Virus record (IMG/VR): IMGVR_UViG_2563367173_000013
From: an uncultured virus (IMG/VR IMGVR_UViG_2563367173_000013)
Lineage: Duplodnaviria; Heunggongvirae; Uroviricota; Caudoviricetes
Strand: one strand, 5' to 3'
Length of the DNA stretch: 64,000 nt
This document shows, in pieces, positions 63,256 to 64,000 of this stretch (position 1 is its first letter; every line of letters starts with the position of its first letter). The notes below the pieces were generated by a model. The model worked only from the letters and a program-made list of their open reading frames with translations. It was not told the DNA's origin and did not search any database. A program made the position numbers and the translations under genes.

Positions 63256-64000
63256 AAGCTTATTCACTAAAAGGAATTGGACAGTTAGAATATGTAGATG
63301 TTCCAATGCCTGTCATGCAAAGCGGCTGGGCTTTGGTACAGGTAGGCGCCGCCGGTATTTGCGGTTCCGATATACCTAGAATTTTCAGTACCGGTACATA
63401 TCATTTTCCAACGATTCCAGGCCATGAATTTTCCGGGAGAGTCGTTGATGTATTTGACAGGCAAAATCAACGTTGGATCGGCAAACGGGTTGGTATTTTC
63501 CCTCTCATTCCATGTAAAAAGTGTATGTCCTGCCAAAACAAAGAGTATGAAATGTGCAGCGATTACGATTATCTTGGTTCCAGACGAGACGGAGGCTTTG
63601 CGGAATACACGGCCGTTCCGGTATGGAATATGATCGAACTACCGGATAATATAAGTATGAACGAAGCTGCCATGCTGGAACCCGCAGCCGTTGCTCTCCA
63701 TGCGGTAAGAAGAATACGGCTGCCGCACAACAGTGTTGTTGCGTTACTTGGTCTTGGAACAATTGGAATCATGATTACACAGTGGCTTCACATTTTTGGA
63801 ATACATAAAGTCTATACTACCGGACATAATCCCGGTCATGGCTCACTCATGCAGCAGATTGTATCGGCGGACTATGAATACATCAATATTGATAATTCTC
63901 AAAACAAGGATATGCAAACCGTATCGGAAAACGAGGCTGTCTCTCAGATCATAGACAGTACAAAAGGGCAAGGTGTATCGATCGCTGTCGATTGTATCGG
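63252..64000 (+). CDS. Zinc-binding sugar-alcohol(-phosphate) dehydrogenase, 3'-truncated by the window end
   Basis: Translated by hand: MKAYSLKG...GICGSD...PGHEFSG...PCKKCMSCQ...C...GSRRDGGFAEY...LEP. ATGA overlap with the upstream stop. Confidence 0.9.
   Translation, partial: MKAYSLKGIGQLEYVDVPMPVMQSGWALVQVGAAGICGSDIPRIFSTGTYHFPTIPGHEFSGRVVDVFDRQNQRWIGKRVGIFPLIPCKKCMSCQNKEYEMCSDYDYLGSRRDGGFAEYTAVPVWNMIELPDNISMNEAAMLEPAAVALHAVRRIRLPHNSVVALLGLGTIGIMITQWLHIFGIHKVYTTGHNPGHGSLMQQIVSADYEYINIDNSQNKDMQTVSENEAVSQIIDSTKGQGVSIAVDCI

Noticed and set aside
63285..63772. Track ORFs at 63285-63772
   Set aside because: They overlap the real plus-strand dehydrogenase starting at 63252, which the track missed because it runs off the window.
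1..64000. CRISPR array, tRNA or rRNA
   Set aside because: No regularly spaced repeats or recognisable structural RNA genes seen by eye.

Overview
AT-rich Firmicute-type sequence (Lachnospiraceae/Clostridia-like, by inference). Positions 1-59943 form one co-oriented minus-strand glycan biosynthesis and modification island of about 50 genes. It encodes GmhA/GmhB/HldE-like heptose enzymes, a split transketolase, four radical SAM enzymes, many methyltransferases, two carbamoyltransferases, four SGNH-fold paralogs, an acyl carrier protein, several glycosyltransferases (GT2, GT4, GT32, GT-D, Stealth, fucosyltransferase-like), gmd/fcl and a broken phosphoramidate-type L-glutamine kinase. No flippase, polymerase or initiating transferase is visible. 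A sigma28-type promoter with CsrA-type GGA hairpins sits at the head of the island, which suggests a flagellin (cytoplasmic protein) glycosylation island. Decayed IS110 and IS630 elements interrupt it, and five frameshifts fall exactly on simple repeats. Best novelty candidates: (1) a repeated module of donor enzyme (carbamoyltransferase or methyltransferase) + ~105-aa soluble protein ending [FY]IY[IN]F + SGNH-fold protein, resembling a cytoplasmic version of the DltX/SxtK tyrosine-tail shuttle; (2) a ~110-nt sigma28-driven RNA with CsrA-site hairpins and an intrinsic terminator but no ORF. The right end holds an AAA/PD-(D/E)XK gene and a divergent IspD/TarI + zinc dehydrogenase pair. All calls come from motif reading by eye; no database searches were run.
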